64,000 nt of DNA from an uncultured Methylomirabilota bacterium (GTDB taxonomy: Bacteria; Methylomirabilota; Methylomirabilia; Methylomirabilales; 2-02-FULL-66-22): the NCBI GenBank assembly GCA_963705305.1, contig OY970067.1, positions 3,360,001-3,424,000 of the forward strand, in the 5' to 3' direction. Made by a program: the position numbers and the translations under genes. Below, in pieces: positions 26,761 to 35,341 of the stretch. Below the pieces are notes generated by a model that did no database searches, was not told the DNA's origin, and saw only the letters and a program-made list of their open reading frames with translations. The stretch's first letter is position 1, and each line of letters starts with the position of its first letter.

Positions 26761-28181
26761 GGCGGAGAAAGATCCTGGTCATCGATGACGACGAGAGCCT
26801 GCGCCGGGTGCTGGAGTACAACCTGGCTCAGGAGGGCTACGCGGTCCTCATGGCATCCAGCGGGGAGCAGGGCTTGGAGCTGCTGAACCGGGAGGGGGCG
26901 GACCTGGTGATCACGGATGTCCGGATGGCCGGCATGGACGGACTCCAGGTCATGGAGGCGGTCCGGGCCCAGGACCCCAACATTCAGGTGATCATCCTCA
27001 CGGCCTTCGGCACCATCGAGACGGCCGTCGAGGCCATGAAGGCCGGCGCCTTCCACTACATCACCAAACCCTTCAACCGGGATGAGCTGAAGTTGACCAT
27101 CCGGAAGGCGCTGCAGCTCCGGGACCTGGAACGGGAGAACGTGGCCCTCCGGCAGTCCCTCCAATCGCGCGGCAGCCTCCAGAGCATCGCCGCCGACAGC
27201 CCGCGAATGCGCCAAATCGTGGAGATGGTCCAGCGGGTGGCACCCACCGAGACCACGGTGCTGATCCTGGGGGAGAGCGGGACCGGCAAGGAGCTGATCG
27301 CCCGCGCCATCCACGCCAACTCGCCGCGCGCCGAGGGGCCGTTCGTGGCGATTAACTGTGCGGCCATTCCCGAGAACCTCCTGGAGAGCGAGCTGTTCGG
27401 CCACGTCAGAGGGGCCTTCACCGGGGCCATCCGGGACCGGATCGGGAAATTCGAGGCGGCCGATGGTGGGACCCTGTTCCTGGACGAGATCGGCGAGATG
27501 CGCCCGGACCTCCAAGTCAAGATCCTGCGGGCGCTGGAAGAACGGACCGTCGAGCGGGTGGGGGACAATCGTCCCATCCGGGTGGATGTCCGCGTGCTGG
27601 CCGCCACCAACAGGGATCTCACCAAGGCCATCCAGGCGGGGGAGTTCCGGGAGGACCTCTACTACCGGCTGAATGTGGTGCCGCTGCACATCCCGCCTCT
27701 GCGCGAGCGCCGCGAGGACATCCGCGCCCTCACCCAGCACTTCCTGAAGAGCCTGGGGGCCCCGTCCAGGCTGCAGGTCGAGCCGGAGGCGTTTCGGGCA
27801 CTGGAGACCTACGCCTGGCCCGGCAACGTGCGCGAGCTGGAGAACGCCCTGGAGCGGGCCCTGATCTTCCAGCGGGAGGGTGCCATCACCCTGGCCGATC
27901 TGCCCGACTCCATCCGGGCTCCCAAGGCCAAGGAGGCGGCAGCGCTGCCGGTGGATCTGCCCGACGCCGGGCTGTCCCTGGAAGAGGTGGAGAAGGAGCT
28001 GATCCTGCGGGCGCTGCAAAAACACGACTGGAACCAATCCCGGGCCGCCCGCTACCTGGGCATCACGCGGCACACCCTGCTGTACCGGATGGAGAAGCAC
28101 AATATCGCCCGCCCGGGCGGGCGGGGCGCACACGCCGAGGAGGAGCGGCAGGCGAGTCCACACGAAGAAAAGGTAGGGTGA
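26757..28181 (+). CDS. Sigma54-dependent response regulator (NtrC/ZraR family; REC-AAA+-Fis HTH)
   Basis: REC (IDDD, TDVRM, KPF), GESGTGKE, GAFTGA, LFLDEIGEM, FREDLYYRL, WPGNVREL, NQSRAARYLGITRHTL. Confidence 0.95.
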   Translation: MRRRKILVIDDDESLRRVLEYNLAQEGYAVLMASSGEQGLELLNREGADLVITDVRMAGMDGLQVMEAVRAQDPNIQVIILTAFGTIETAVEAMKAGAFHYITKPFNRDELKLTIRKALQLRDLERENVALRQSLQSRGSLQSIAADSPRMRQIVEMVQRVAPTETTVLILGESGTGKELIARAIHANSPRAEGPFVAINCAAIPENLLESELFGHVRGAFTGAIRDRIGKFEAADGGTLFLDEIGEMRPDLQVKILRALEERTVERVGDNRPIRVDVRVLAATNRDLTKAIQAGEFREDLYYRLNVVPLHIPPLRERREDIRALTQHFLKSLGAPSRLQVEPEAFRALETYAWPGNVRELENALERALIFQREGAITLADLPDSIRAPKAKEAAALPVDLPDAGLSLEEVEKELILRALQKHDWNQSRAARYLGITRHTLLYRMEKHNIARPGGRGAHAEEERQASPHEEKVG

Positions 28182-28373
28182 AATACCCCCCGTGACATGG
28201 GGGGCGTCCGTGCGCTCAGACGATTCTTCCGAGGCCGCAGACCCGGCGCACATGCTCAACCCTCCGGATGGCATCACAGCGGCGTCGGCACGGCAATCGT
28301 GCGCCAGGGGACCCCTCTCGCCGCCGCGGTCTAACCCGAGTGCGTTCCCCCGCTGCCATTGCGCGCATTTTCC

Positions 28374-28402
28374 TTGACGTGGATACCGCGGGGCAGTAGA
28401 CG
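28374..28402 (+). promoter_or_regulatory. Putative sigma70 promoter upstream of the leader ORF and EamA
   Basis: TTGACG-17 bp-TAGACG. The predicted +1 falls at about 28408-28409, on the ATG of a short ORF. Confidence 0.4.
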
Positions 28403-28407
28403 AACGT

Positions 28408-28467
28408 ATGCATGGGCACACACGCGCGCGCAGCGCAATCACCGTCGATAGGCATCCCCCTCGCTGA
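28408..28467 (+). CDS. Candidate leaderless leader peptide MHGHTRARSAITVDRHPPR
   Basis: 19-aa ORF starting at the predicted transcription start, ending in RHPPR-stop, 12 nt before the EamA GTG. Confidence 0.35.
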   Translation: MHGHTRARSAITVDRHPPR

Positions 28468-28479
28468 GCGAGCCGGACC

Positions 28480-29363
28480 GTGCCGGAGCTGACCTGCGGC
28501 ATTCTTGGGGGTTGGGGACCGGGTTGACCTGGGGGACGATCAATCTGCTGGTCCGCTCCCTGTCGGGACGGATCACGCCCGTCGGGATCACGGCCACCCG
28601 CTCGGTGGTCGGGGGGTGTCTCCTGGTTCTCGCGACCGTGGCGACAGGTCAAGGGCGCGAGATGGCAGAGATGCCGCTGTGGGTTGTGCTGTTGCTGTGG
28701 ACCTCGGTGCTTATCGCCATGGCCTTTGGCGACACGATGTTCTTTGGCAGCCTGGAGCACCTTGGCGTGACCCGGGCCCTGACCCTGAGCATGGCCAATC
28801 CCATGCTGACGACGGTGGTGGGCATCCTGCTCTTGGGCGAGGCCATGACGCTGCCACGGGCCGGCGGAATCCTCATGGTGGTCGGGGGGCTGACTCTGAT
28901 CATTGCGGGGAAGGGAGAGGGGGGGGCCGATGTCCGGAAGGCCACGCGCCGGGGGCTCCGCCTGGTGCTTCTGGCGGCGGGTGCCTGGGCGCTCTCGGCG
29001 ATTCTCCTGAAGCCGGCCCTCCAGGCCGTCTCCGTCCTGCCGGCGGCCGCGGTCCGCATTCCCATGGCCGGCCTCGTCCTCTGCCTGACCCCCTGGCCCC
29101 GCGGGACGCTGACGGCCATCCGGCAGGCGGACCCGGCGGAACGGACGCGGCTGGCCGCCATCTGTGCCCTGAGCGCCTTGGGCACACTCTGCTTCACCGT
29201 TGGAATCAAGTACGGGGGCGTGGCCGTGGGGAACGTGCTGGCCTCCACATCTCCCCTGTTTACCCTGCCCTTCGAGGTGTGGGTTCTGGGCCAGCCCCTG
29301 TCGGGAAAGGCGGCGCTGGGCGCGACGACGACCATGATGGGGATCGGTCTCATGAACCTGTAG
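28480..29363 (+). CDS. DMT/EamA family transporter with an apparent 1-nt frameshift near the 5' end (G5 run at about 28507-28511)
   Basis: About 10 hydrophobic segments in two EamA repeats from 28512. The upstream GTG frame (MPELTCGILG) joins LGTGLTWG in frame if one G is added to the GGGGG run. Confidence 0.85.
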
Positions 29364-29558
29364 CTCGGTGCCGGTTCGAAGAAGGCCGCTCCCGGGCGGC
29401 GCGCATCGGCCGCGTTGTGTTTTCGGGGGAGTTGGGGTAGGCTACCGCCTTGATCGAGGCCGCCGGAAGAGACGGTGGACATGCACTTGGCGGCCGAGGG
29501 CTGGCTGCGCCGACGTTCAATCACCGCCCGGGCGGCAGGGTGACACGAGCCATCGACG

Positions 29559-29939
29559 ATGACTCCGAAGCGTGTTCTGGTCGTGGATGACGAGCCGGAC
29601 ATCCGCGAGGTCGCGCGGCTGGCCCTGGAGGTCGTGGCGGGCTGGACCGTCCAGACAGCCGCCTCAGGTCGGGAAGGGATCGCCATCGCCCGACAAGAGC
29701 GTCCGGATGCCATTCTCCTCGATCTCATGATGCCCGACATGGATGGGATGGCCACCGTCGAGGCACTCCGGGCCGATCCGGTTACGCAGGCAATTCCCGC
29801 CCTCCTGCTGACGGCCGCGGCCGAGGCAAGGGATGTACGCCGCATTACGGCGCCGACGGTGCAGGGCGTCATCCCGAAACCGTTTGACCCCATGACACTG
29901 GCGCAGCAAGTGGCCGCGGCCCTCCACTGGATCATATGA
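29559..29939 (+). CDS. Single-domain response regulator (CheY-like)
   Basis: VLVVDDE, PDAILLDLMMPDMDG, LLTA, KPFDP; no output domain. Confidence 0.92.
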   Translation: MTPKRVLVVDDEPDIREVARLALEVVAGWTVQTAASGREGIAIARQERPDAILLDLMMPDMDGMATVEALRADPVTQAIPALLLTAAAEARDVRRITAPTVQGVIPKPFDPMTLAQQVAAALHWII

Positions 29940-30049
29940 GGCGCGCGGAGAGACGCGGCGAGGCGTGCAAGGCGGTGGCCGGATGGGAGTCGGGGGCTTG
30001 CGAGACGCGGTCGCGTGTCCGGCCGGCATGAGGTGAGAAGGGAGGCGAT

Positions 30050-30448
30050 ATGAGCCAGGAGACCATTCTGGTCGCGGATGACGACGAGCTCATCGGGCAA
30101 ATGCTGCACGACTTCCTGCAATCGCGGGGCTTCCATGTCGTGATGAGTCGGGACGCCATGCAGACGAGCATTGCCGTTCGCCGCGCGACGCCGGCGGCGA
30201 TTCTTCTGGACATCATGATGCCGGGCGGGTCGGGGCTAGAGGTGATGAAGCGGCTCAAAGGGGCCACGGGGGCGAAGAAGATTCCGGTCGTGGTCATGTC
30301 GGCGGCCGAGGATCCGGAGCTCCGGCAGAAGGCGATGGATCTCGGGGCGGACGAGTTCCTGTGCAAGCCGCTCCACCTCGAAGAGGTGTATACGCTGCTG
30401 TGCCGGCTTCTGGGCAAAGCACCCGGCCCGTCTTCGGCCACCCGCTGA
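30050..30448 (+). CDS. Single-domain response regulator (CheY-like)
   Basis: GGAGG RBS; ILVADDD, ILLDIMMPGGSG, VVMSA, GADEFLCKP. Confidence 0.92.
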   Translation: MSQETILVADDDELIGQMLHDFLQSRGFHVVMSRDAMQTSIAVRRATPAAILLDIMMPGGSGLEVMKRLKGATGAKKIPVVVMSAAEDPELRQKAMDLGADEFLCKPLHLEEVYTLLCRLLGKAPGPSSATR

Positions 30449-30457
30449 GCGCGCAGG

Positions 30458-31222
30458 ATGCGTGCGGAGGATCCGATCGGGTGCCTGGCGGCAGGGCAGG
30501 TCGCGCCGCGCGTCCTGGTGGCGGGCCTGGCTCCCGATCTGTTTTCGTGGTTGCGGCAGCGGTTGGAGGGCGCGTCTGTCGAGGCGGTTCCGGAAGACCT
30601 TGCCGCCCTGGATGCTTTGCAGCAGAACGGTCGGCTCCTGCTCGTCCTGGACCAGGCGGGCCTGGGACCGAAGGCCCTGGAACTTCTGGTTCATCTTCGG
30701 GCGCATCCGGGGCTTGCCGCGCTGCCGGTTCTCCTGTGCCTCCGCCAGGCCGCACACGAGACCCTGGCCCACGAGCTCACCCGCGGCCTGGGATCGGTGC
30801 GCCTCATCCGGCATCCGCTGGATCCAGAGGCATTAGCCCTGCAGGCGGCCGGGATTCTCGGTGTGCCGGTGCCGGCAGGAGGGACCCCAAAGGTGCAAGC
30901 CACGGATCGGCTCCTGAAGGCCGTGGCGGGGGTCTGGGAGCGGATGAGGCCGATGATCCTGGCGCGCGTTCCACCCATCGAGGCCGCCGTCGCCGCGCTG
31001 CTGGAGGGGAGATTGGAAGAGGATCTCCGGGGTTGGGCTGTGCGCGAGGCGCACAAGCTGGCCGGCTCCCTGGGCACGTTTGGCTTTCCCGAAGGGTCGC
31101 GAGTGGCCCGTGAGATTGAGGATCTTCTCCAGGAAGAGCCATTGTCGGAGGGGTCCTCCGGGGCGCGGCTCTCGGAGCTGGCGCTGACCCTGCGGCGGAT
31201 CCTGGAGCAGCCGCGCACGTAG
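30458..31222 (+). CDS. Degenerate receiver-like domain plus Hpt domain protein
   Basis: N-terminal pseudo-REC (RVLVAG, LLVLD, LPVLL, RHPLDP replacing KP). C-terminal Hpt motif REAHKLAGSLGTFG...AREIE. Confidence 0.8.
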   Translation: MRAEDPIGCLAAGQVAPRVLVAGLAPDLFSWLRQRLEGASVEAVPEDLAALDALQQNGRLLLVLDQAGLGPKALELLVHLRAHPGLAALPVLLCLRQAAHETLAHELTRGLGSVRLIRHPLDPEALALQAAGILGVPVPAGGTPKVQATDRLLKAVAGVWERMRPMILARVPPIEAAVAALLEGRLEEDLRGWAVREAHKLAGSLGTFGFPEGSRVAREIEDLLQEEPLSEGSSGARLSELALTLRRILEQPRT

Positions 31223-31266
31223 CGGAGTGCGGCCTGCGGCGACCGGCGCGGGGAACGGGAGAACCG

Positions 31267-32205
31267 ATGCGGATACTCGTTACCGGGGGAGCCGGGTTCA
31301 TCGGGTCCCACGTGGCCGACGCCTACCTGATCGCCGGCCACGACGTCGGAGTGGTGGATGATCTGTCCACCGGGACGACGGAGAACCTCGACCCCCGTTT
31401 CCACTTCTGGCAGCTGGACATCCGCGCGGCCGAGCTCCAGAAGGTCGTGGCGGACTTTCGGCCCAGGGTGATCAGCCATCACGCCGCCCAGATAAGCGTG
31501 GTCGTTTCGGCGCGCGAGCCGCGGCTGGATGCCGAGATCAACATTCTGGGATCCCTCAATCTCCTGGAGGCTGCCGTGCGATCGGGAGTCGAGCGGGTGA
31601 TCTTCGCCTCCACGGGCGGCGCCATGTACGGCGACAGCCAGGCGCCCCCCACGGCGGAGTCGACCCTCGCCTCGCCGCTGAGCCCGTACGGGGTGGCCAA
31701 GCTGGCTGTCGAGCGATATCTGCATGCCTTCGGGGCCATGCACGGCCTCCGGGGGGTGGCCCTGCGCTACGCCAATGTGTACGGCCCGCGCCAGAGTCCG
31801 CACGGGGAGGCGGGCGTCATGGCCATCTTTTCGAAAGGGGTCCTGGAGGGGCGGACGCTCACGATCCACGGAGACGGCGAGCAGACGCGGGATTATGTCT
31901 ATGTGACGGACATCGTCCGGGCAAACCTCCTGGCCACAGAGCTTTCCCTGGAGGGAGAGCTCCCCATCTTCAACATCGGGACGGGGCGCGAGACGTCCGT
32001 CAACGAGATCGTTCGGCTGCTCGGCGAGGCGGTTGGACGCAGCGTCTCGGCCCGGCATGGTCCGGCCAAGGCGGGCGAGCAGCGGCGCAGCGCCCTGGAC
32101 GCGAGACTGGCCAAGACCCGGATGGGGTGGGAGCCGGTCATGGAAATCGAGGAGGGCCTGGCCGGCACCTTGGCATGGTTTCGGGCGCACGCGTCCCGGG
32201 TGTAA
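31267..32205 (+). CDS. NAD-dependent epimerase/dehydratase (UDP-glucose 4-epimerase-like SDR)
   Basis: TGGAGFIGSH, HHAAQ, STGGAMYG, YGVAK (YxxxK), LRYANVYGPRQ, GEAGV, GDGEQTRDYVYV. Confidence 0.92.
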   Translation: MRILVTGGAGFIGSHVADAYLIAGHDVGVVDDLSTGTTENLDPRFHFWQLDIRAAELQKVVADFRPRVISHHAAQISVVVSAREPRLDAEINILGSLNLLEAAVRSGVERVIFASTGGAMYGDSQAPPTAESTLASPLSPYGVAKLAVERYLHAFGAMHGLRGVALRYANVYGPRQSPHGEAGVMAIFSKGVLEGRTLTIHGDGEQTRDYVYVTDIVRANLLATELSLEGELPIFNIGTGRETSVNEIVRLLGEAVGRSVSARHGPAKAGEQRRSALDARLAKTRMGWEPVMEIEEGLAGTLAWFRAHASRV

Positions 32206-32262
32206 CGGACCGGGACGTGTTGGCCTGGCGGCTGTCCGCGCGGGCATCGCGGCAGGCCATCT

Positions 32263-32336
32263 TAGCAGGCTGCTGAAAAAGGCCCATCTGCCGGGTACCC
32301 ATCTGATGGGTGCTCATCCTTTGGACGGGTGCCCCG
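32263..32336. repeat. Truncated intergenic IS-end/REP-like element
   Basis: TAGCAGGCTGCTGAAAAAGGCCCATCTG resembles an IS5/IS1182-type terminal repeat. It is followed by a duplicated CCCATCTG and the hairpin ACCCATC-T-GATGGGT. No partner inverted repeat nearby. Confidence 0.45.
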
Positions 32337-32351
32337 CCCGCTCGCGCGGCT

Positions 32352-32381
32352 TTGACAAAGCGAAGGGCTCCGTGCTACAAG
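32352..32381 (+). promoter_or_regulatory. Putative sigma70 promoter (extended -10)
   Basis: TTGACA-18 bp-TACAAG with TG at the extended -10 position, upstream of the GGR gene. Confidence 0.5.
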
Positions 32382-32484
32382 AGCCCGCCCCGCCGCTCGG
32401 GCTCGGGGGGCGGGGTGCGGAGTCGGTTGGCAGTCGGTCGCCGTCCCGTTCGTCCCGGCGGGAGGACAACATGGAGGATCGGTC

Positions 32485-33711
32485 TTGAGCCGTCCGACAA
32501 CAAGCTTCAACGTCCTCGTGATCGGCGCCGGCCCCGCCGGCTCGACAGCCGCGGAGCGTCTGGCTGCGAGCGGCTTGGGGGTGGCGGTCCTGGAGGAGCA
32601 CGCGATCATCGGCGAGCCGGTGGACTGTACGGGCGTAGTCGGAGCCGAGCTGTTTCAGCATTTCGACCTTCCCTCCACGCTTATTGTCGGGAGCGTGGAG
32701 GCGGTGACCATCCACTCCCCCGGCGGGATCGCCGCGACGTACCGAGCCCCGGCACCACTGGCTCATATCGTGGACCGCGCCCGACTGGATCAGGCGCTGG
32801 CGGCTCGGGCGCAGGAGGCGGGCGCTGCGATCCTGCTCAGGACCCAGGCGCTGGACATCGTTCGCAACGATCGCAGGGTGACCGTGGTGTGCCGTGGGCC
32901 CGAGGGCGAGCCCCGCAGTCTTTCGGCCCCCCTGGTGATCCTGGCCGGCGGGCCTCGCTTCACGTTTCAGGAGCGACTGGGGCTCGGCACGTGTTCCCTG
33001 CTGTGGCGAAGCGCCCACGCGGAGCTCCCCGGCAACGGCCTGCCCCACGCCCAGGTGTTCCTCGGGCGGGACATCGCCCCGGGCGCGTTCGGGTGGGCGG
33101 TACCCATCCGGCGTTCCGGCCACTCCTCCGTGCGGGTGGGTGTGAACAGCCACGCCGACGCGGCCCGCTATCTCCGCCAGTTGTGCGAGACCAAATTCCC
33201 TCACCTGCTCCCCTCCGGCGCCCTCTTCCGCTCCCGGTCGTGGGTGGTGCCCATTGTGCCGCTCTCCAGCACCTACGGCGATCGAGTGCTGGCGGTGGGG
33301 GACGCCGCCGGACAGGTCAAGCCCACCTCCGGGGGGGGCATCTATTACGGAATGCTGAGCGCCCGGGCGGCGGCGGAGACGGCGATCGAGGCGTTTCGCC
33401 GCGGCCGCTTCGGCCGCGACACCTTGGCCGCCTACGAGCAGCGCTGGCGGTCGCGTTTGGGACTGGAGCTCAAGATCGGGACGCTGTTCCGGCGACTCTT
33501 CTGCCGGATGGCGGACGGGGACATGGACGACCTGTTTCGCACGCTGCACGCGGATGACCTCTTGGGCCGCATCGCCGGGACCGTCCGATTCGACTGGCAC
33601 CACGAGCTGATCGCGTTCCTGTTACGCCACCCCAAGGTCGCCCGGATCCTGCTGCGTCGGTGCTGGGATCGAGGATCCGAGCCGCACTTCTCGGACCTTC
33701 CGGCGATCTGA
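32485..33711 (+). CDS. Geranylgeranyl reductase family FAD-dependent oxidoreductase
   Basis: IGAGPAGS FAD motif, PVDCTG, VDRARLDQ, PGAFGWAVP, VGDAAGQVKPTSGGGIYYG. TTG start with a GGAGG RBS. Confidence 0.88.
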   Translation: MSRPTTSFNVLVIGAGPAGSTAAERLAASGLGVAVLEEHAIIGEPVDCTGVVGAELFQHFDLPSTLIVGSVEAVTIHSPGGIAATYRAPAPLAHIVDRARLDQALAARAQEAGAAILLRTQALDIVRNDRRVTVVCRGPEGEPRSLSAPLVILAGGPRFTFQERLGLGTCSLLWRSAHAELPGNGLPHAQVFLGRDIAPGAFGWAVPIRRSGHSSVRVGVNSHADAARYLRQLCETKFPHLLPSGALFRSRSWVVPIVPLSSTYGDRVLAVGDAAGQVKPTSGGGIYYGMLSARAAAETAIEAFRRGRFGRDTLAAYEQRWRSRLGLELKIGTLFRRLFCRMADGDMDDLFRTLHADDLLGRIAGTVRFDWHHELIAFLLRHPKVARILLRRCWDRGSEPHFSDLPAI

Positions 33712-33920
33712 TCCGGGGCTCCGCTCCGGCGGCAGTGCTCCCCCGCCGTTCCTGTGGACGAGCCGCCGCCCCCCGTGAGCCCCCGGCCGCGGGCCGCGGC
33801 CAGCTGGCGCGCGCCGCGAGGACAGCCGGCCGGGTGGCCGGTTGCGCCTGTCGCCTCGGCCGTTCGGCGGCACACCGGGTCCGTGCCGCCGCCAACGACC
33901 CGGCCGGCGCCGGCCTGGCA

Positions 33921-33950
33921 TTGACCCGGGCAGCCAGTTCTGGGTACACT
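33921..33950 (+). promoter_or_regulatory. Putative sigma70 promoter
   Basis: TTGACC-18 bp-TACACT upstream of the Gfo/Idh/MocA gene. Confidence 0.5.
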
Positions 33951-34008
33951 ACTGGCCAGCGCCGTCCGTCCCGCGCGTTTTCCGGGTAGGGGGAGGACGA
34001 GGGGAGAG

Positions 34009-35217
34009 ATGACGTCCCACACACAGGGGCAGGCGCCGATCAACGTCCTCATCGTCGGGGCAGGCATGCACGTCTGCGGCCGCGGCACTCCCGCCTGCGG
34101 GACGGTGCTGCCCGCCGTCGTCCAGGCCTACCGGGACGGGTTGGTCAAGCGGATGCTGGTGGCTGCCACCAGCGCCGATTCCATCCAGAGCTGTCGGGAG
34201 AAGCTGGGCGTCTTGAACGCCCAGCTGGGCACGGACGCCCGCTTGGAGGGGTTCCCCCAGCGCGGACGCGACCCCGAAGCGTGGCGCGAGGCTCTGGAGA
34301 CGCTGGGGGCCCGGGGCTGCGTCATCATCGTGGTGCCGGACGACCTCCATGCTCCCGTCGCCGCGGAGGCGATCCGGCGGGGCTTCCCCGTCCTGGTGGA
34401 AAAGCCGCTCACCCCGAGGCTGGCCGAGGCCCAGGCGCTGGTGGAGCTCGCCTCTACGGCGGGGGTCTACGGCGCCGTGGACTTTCACAAGCGGTGGGAT
34501 CTCGTGAACCTGAAGCTGCGCGAGGCGGTGGAGGACGGTCGGCTCGGCTCTCCCCTCTACTCGCTCGTGGAGTATAGCCAGCGCCGGATCATTCCGGAGC
34601 AGATCTTTCGCGGCTGGGCGGAGCGGGCCAATCCGTTCCAGTATCTCTGCGTCCACTTTCTGGACGTGCTCGCCTTTGCGCTGTCGGCGGTCCCGCGCCG
34701 CGCCATGGCGGTGGGGCAGCGGGCCCATCTCGCCGCTCGCGCCATTCACACGTACGACGCGGTCCAGGCGCTGGTGGAGTGGGAGGTCCCGGGATCCGCA
34801 ACGCCTTTCGTCTCCGCCTTCGCCTGCAACTGGATCGACCCCAACACAACGTCGGCCCTGTCGTATCAATCGCTGAAGGTGGTCGGCACGCTGGGGCGCT
34901 TCGAATCCGACCAGAAGAATCGCGGCCTGCAGATGGTCACGGAATCCGGCGGGGTCGAGGATATCAATCCGTATTTCACCCAGAGCTACCCGGGCGCGGA
35001 CCGCGCCCGCCGGGAGTACCGGGGGTACGGCATCGACAGCGTTCGGACCTTCCTGGAGGACGTGCGGCGCCTCCGGGACGGGGAGTGCCGGCCCGCCGAC
35101 TTGGAGCCGCACCGGCCGACCTTGCGGCAGGCCCTGGTCTCGACGGCGGTCGTGGATGCCGTCAACCGGAGCCTGGCCGCCGGCGGGGAGTGGATTTCGA
35201 TCCGAGTATCCGCGTGA
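34009..35217 (+). CDS. Gfo/Idh/MocA family oxidoreductase
   Basis: [35 protein letters not shown]. Confidence 0.88.
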   Translation: MTSHTQGQAPINVLIVGAGMHVCGRGTPACGTVLPAVVQAYRDGLVKRMLVAATSADSIQSCREKLGVLNAQLGTDARLEGFPQRGRDPEAWREALETLGARGCVIIVVPDDLHAPVAAEAIRRGFPVLVEKPLTPRLAEAQALVELASTAGVYGAVDFHKRWDLVNLKLREAVEDGRLGSPLYSLVEYSQRRIIPEQIFRGWAERANPFQYLCVHFLDVLAFALSAVPRRAMAVGQRAHLAARAIHTYDAVQALVEWEVPGSATPFVSAFACNWIDPNTTSALSYQSLKVVGTLGRFESDQKNRGLQMVTESGGVEDINPYFTQSYPGADRARREYRGYGIDSVRTFLEDVRRLRDGECRPADLEPHRPTLRQALVSTAVVDAVNRSLAAGGEWISIRVSA

Positions 35218-35341
35218 AAACGTCGGGGGAGCCGATCCCCCGCTCTCGGCCTCGCGCCGCCCGACCGGGCGCCGGAGCCGGTTGGCAGAAGGGCCGGGAA
35301 GGCACGGCCGATCCCGCCGCCACCCAGGAAGGAGCAATCTG

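Noticed and set aside
28280..28305. Sigma54 promoter (TCGGCACGGCAATCGT) after the NtrC-family gene
   Set aside because: It has the GG at -24 but GT instead of the invariant GC at -12.
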